Shown here one piece after another: positions 61,271 through 64,000 of a stretch of 64,000 bases of DNA (position 1 is its first letter; every line of letters begins with the position of its first letter). The notes beneath the pieces are model-generated. The model was given only the letters and a program-made list of their open reading frames with translations, did not search any database and was not told the origin of the DNA. The DNA comes from Octopus vulgaris (lineage: Eukaryota), in the NCBI GenBank assembly GCA_951406725.2, contig OX597826.1, forward strand, positions 64,666,001 to 64,730,000. The letters are read 5' to 3'. A program made the position numbers and the translations under genes.

Positions 61271-62008
61271 TATATAAAAATTTGATTTGCATAGATCTCT
61301 AATCTTTTTTAAGCTATCCATATATGTATGTATATATATATATATATACATATGAATGAGAAAAAATAAGTTCAAAAAGAACAATTCAAACTATTTGAAG
61401 GATCCAAAAAGAGAGAAAAAATAATTTCCAGTAAAAAACTGATCATAAATATTTGTATTGTCTTTTGATACGTACGTGTGTATTGAATTCAATTTTGTAT
61501 TAAATTCAATTTTGATTTTAACATATTTTCTCCATTTTCATACATGTTTAATACCTATAATGAATTTTTAAAATTATATATATATATCTTTATACCTATA
61601 ACGAATTTTAAAAATTATATATATATATATATACATGCATGCATACATACATATATATATATCCATATCGATATATATGTGCATATTCATATTATATTCA
61701 TGTATAAATATAATCATATATACAGACATATATGTACACATACAAATATACATACATGCATACATACATACATACATACATACATACATACATACACATA
61801 CATACATACATACATACATACATACATACGTATAAGATATGTACGTACGTACATATCTTATTTACCAATCCTCCAACATGTTCACATTTATTGTATTTCT
61901 ATTTGTATCCTCTCACTTATAGTCAAGTACTGTATCCTATTACCAAAATGTGTGGTCTTGTGCTTGTGTAAAGAAATCAATATTAAACAGTATTGTTGAG
62001 GTGAACAA

Positions 62009-62061
<53 letters not shown>

Positions 62062-63194
62062 GAGTAAACAAAATACTTGAAGCAACCAGAGACGTTTAGT
62101 TCAAGGAACGGATGTGGAGGCGTCTGCGCCGTAATAGAAGTCACTTAGAGACATGGCTTAATAATTCAACAACGCATAAGCATACATTCATATATGCACA
62201 TGTAAACGACACACACGCACGCACACACATACACACACATATATCTATATATACACGTATGCATGTGTGTATATACATATATATATTTGTACGTGTATAT
62301 ATATATATAAACAGGTACACACACACACACAAACATAGAGACTCACATACACACATACAACACACGTATATACGGACATACATTAATATTTCATTCTCAC
62401 ACATTTATATACAAACGAGAAGATATATACCGGACATGCGTGCACACAAGTGTGTGTGTGGGGGAGGGGGTCGTGTTGGTTTCCGGTAGTCTCAACCTCT
62501 ATTGTGCCACTGGTGTTAGAGCTGATTTCGCAGAAAAGTGGGTTCGGTGATGCGCAACACTTTATCCAAAGCAAACTGACGCACAGGAACTGCCTGGACT
62601 CTCGGAACGTTTGCATGGAGTTACTAAGTTGAAGAAGTGGTCACATTTAGTCATGTGTTGACTGCCACCACCATATACGTCAAATCGCTCTGAGTGCTTC
62701 AGATAACAAGTAATCCAATACAACCCGATGCATAGTCGGGCGATTTGACTGGTAACATCGCCAAGCCTTCACCGTGGGCAGGGTGGTTTTTTGGAGATGA
62801 AAAACAAAGGGTGGATGAACTCAGAAGCATCAACGGCCATCTAAGTGCATGATATCAGCGCTGGGTTGACCATTAAGCTAAATAAGCATGTGCTTAGGGC
62901 ATTAAAAGACGTGGAGGCGGGAGCACCACAGAAATTGTAAATGGTTCACGGTACAAAAGAAATCGTTTTAAACATATTAAAATAATATTCGAAGTGGTTT
63001 ATATGATCGGGGATATAATTTTCGATGTTCTTATGGTGTCATAGAGAGGATCTGATCAAAGACTTTGCAATTAAAAAAAAAGCAGGAGAAAAAATTTCAA
63101 ATATAAATAAAATGGAAGAATACAAAAATAAACACTATTTTCCATCTTACTGTTAGTTTTGTTTCATTTTGAATACTAAAAGTTTATTTTATGA

Positions 63195-63325
63195 TTTGTG
63201 GTAAGTAGCTTGCTTACCAGCCACATGGTTCCGGGTTCAGTTCCACTGCGTGGCACCTTGGGCAAGTGTCTTCTACTATAGCCTTGTAATTGGATTTGGT
63301 AGACGGAAACTGAAAGAAGCCTGTC

Positions 63326-63363
<38 letters not shown>

Positions 63364-63585
63364 GTGTACGTGTGTTTGTGTATCTGTGTTTGTCTCCCAA
63401 CATCGCTTGACAACCGATGCTGGTGTGTTTACGTCCCCGTAACTTAGCGGTTCGGCAAAAGAGACCGATAGAATAAGTACTAAGCTTACAAAGAATAAGT
63501 CCTGGGGTCGATTTGCTCGTTTTACATGTTTCTGTCATTTGACTGCAGCATGGTCGCAGTCAAATGACTGAAACATGTAAAAAAG
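63195..63585 (+). mobile_element. tRNA-derived SINE (family of 33357-33760)
   Basis: TGTGGTAAGTAGCTTGC...GGGTTCAGTTCCACTGCGTGGCACCTTGGGCAAG...GGGGTCGATTTGCTCG...AAATGACTGAAAC. Confidence 0.8.
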
Positions 63586-64000
63586 AGAGAGAGAGAGAGA
63601 GAGAGACTTTATATTTTGAATTACATATATTTGTGGGGCACTAAAATCTTTTAAATTGCTTAGGGCTTCTATTGGTCTTAATCCGGCATAATATAACAAA
63701 TAAGTAGGCGCGAAGATTTAGAAATTTCTGGTTTGATACCAAACTGCGCATTTAGTCTTCCAGGATGGATTGAACTCTAAGCCAACTAACCAAGGAAATG
63801 GAGAATTCTAATAGAAAAGCCTGAGATATGTTATTCATTATGCTTGTGACAAACAGCTGCACTAGCTCTCTGCTGTTATCAACACTTCAATAAGCGTGGT
63901 TGGTCCTACACAAGCCTTCATTACTGAAAACTAATCATTTGTGTGAGTTGTCTAACGGCTATAACATTTCTTTCTTTATTTTGGTACTACGGCCATAACA

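Noticed and set aside
62857-63690. Possible hAT MITE enclosing the SINE at 63195
   Set aside because: The termini match only loosely and I could not identify a TSD, so it is not reported as a feature.

Overview
Eukaryotic, AT-rich, microsatellite- and repeat-dense genomic DNA. The SINE families and repeat landscape suggest a coleoid cephalopod, probably Octopus (inference). The window holds a tandem cluster of Gfo/Idh/MocA-family dihydrodiol/D-xylose dehydrogenase (DHDH-like) genes. I reconstructed three intact 7-exon minus-strand copies by hand with GT-AG sites: A 4237-10290 (333 aa), B 14622-28524 (337 aa) and C 36917-42459 (333 aa). Three relics of further copies are also present: a SINE-split exon 1, a truncated exon 4 and an inverted exon 1. 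A and C belong to a recent ~11-13 kb segmental duplication. The paralogs carry reciprocal substitutions at canonical active-site positions (EKP to EKT/EQT; D176-equivalent to C in A/C). The rest is transposon debris: Penelope-like remnants with hammerhead ribozyme motifs (one apparently intact, sense-strand, just downstream of genes A and C), Tx1-like, CR1-like and R4/Dong-like LINEs, Gypsy integrase and LTRs, pogo/Tigger, Tc1, mariner and maT remnants, MITEs and tRNA-derived SINEs. Most short ORFs in the supplied track are microsatellite artefacts. All alignments and folds were done by eye.
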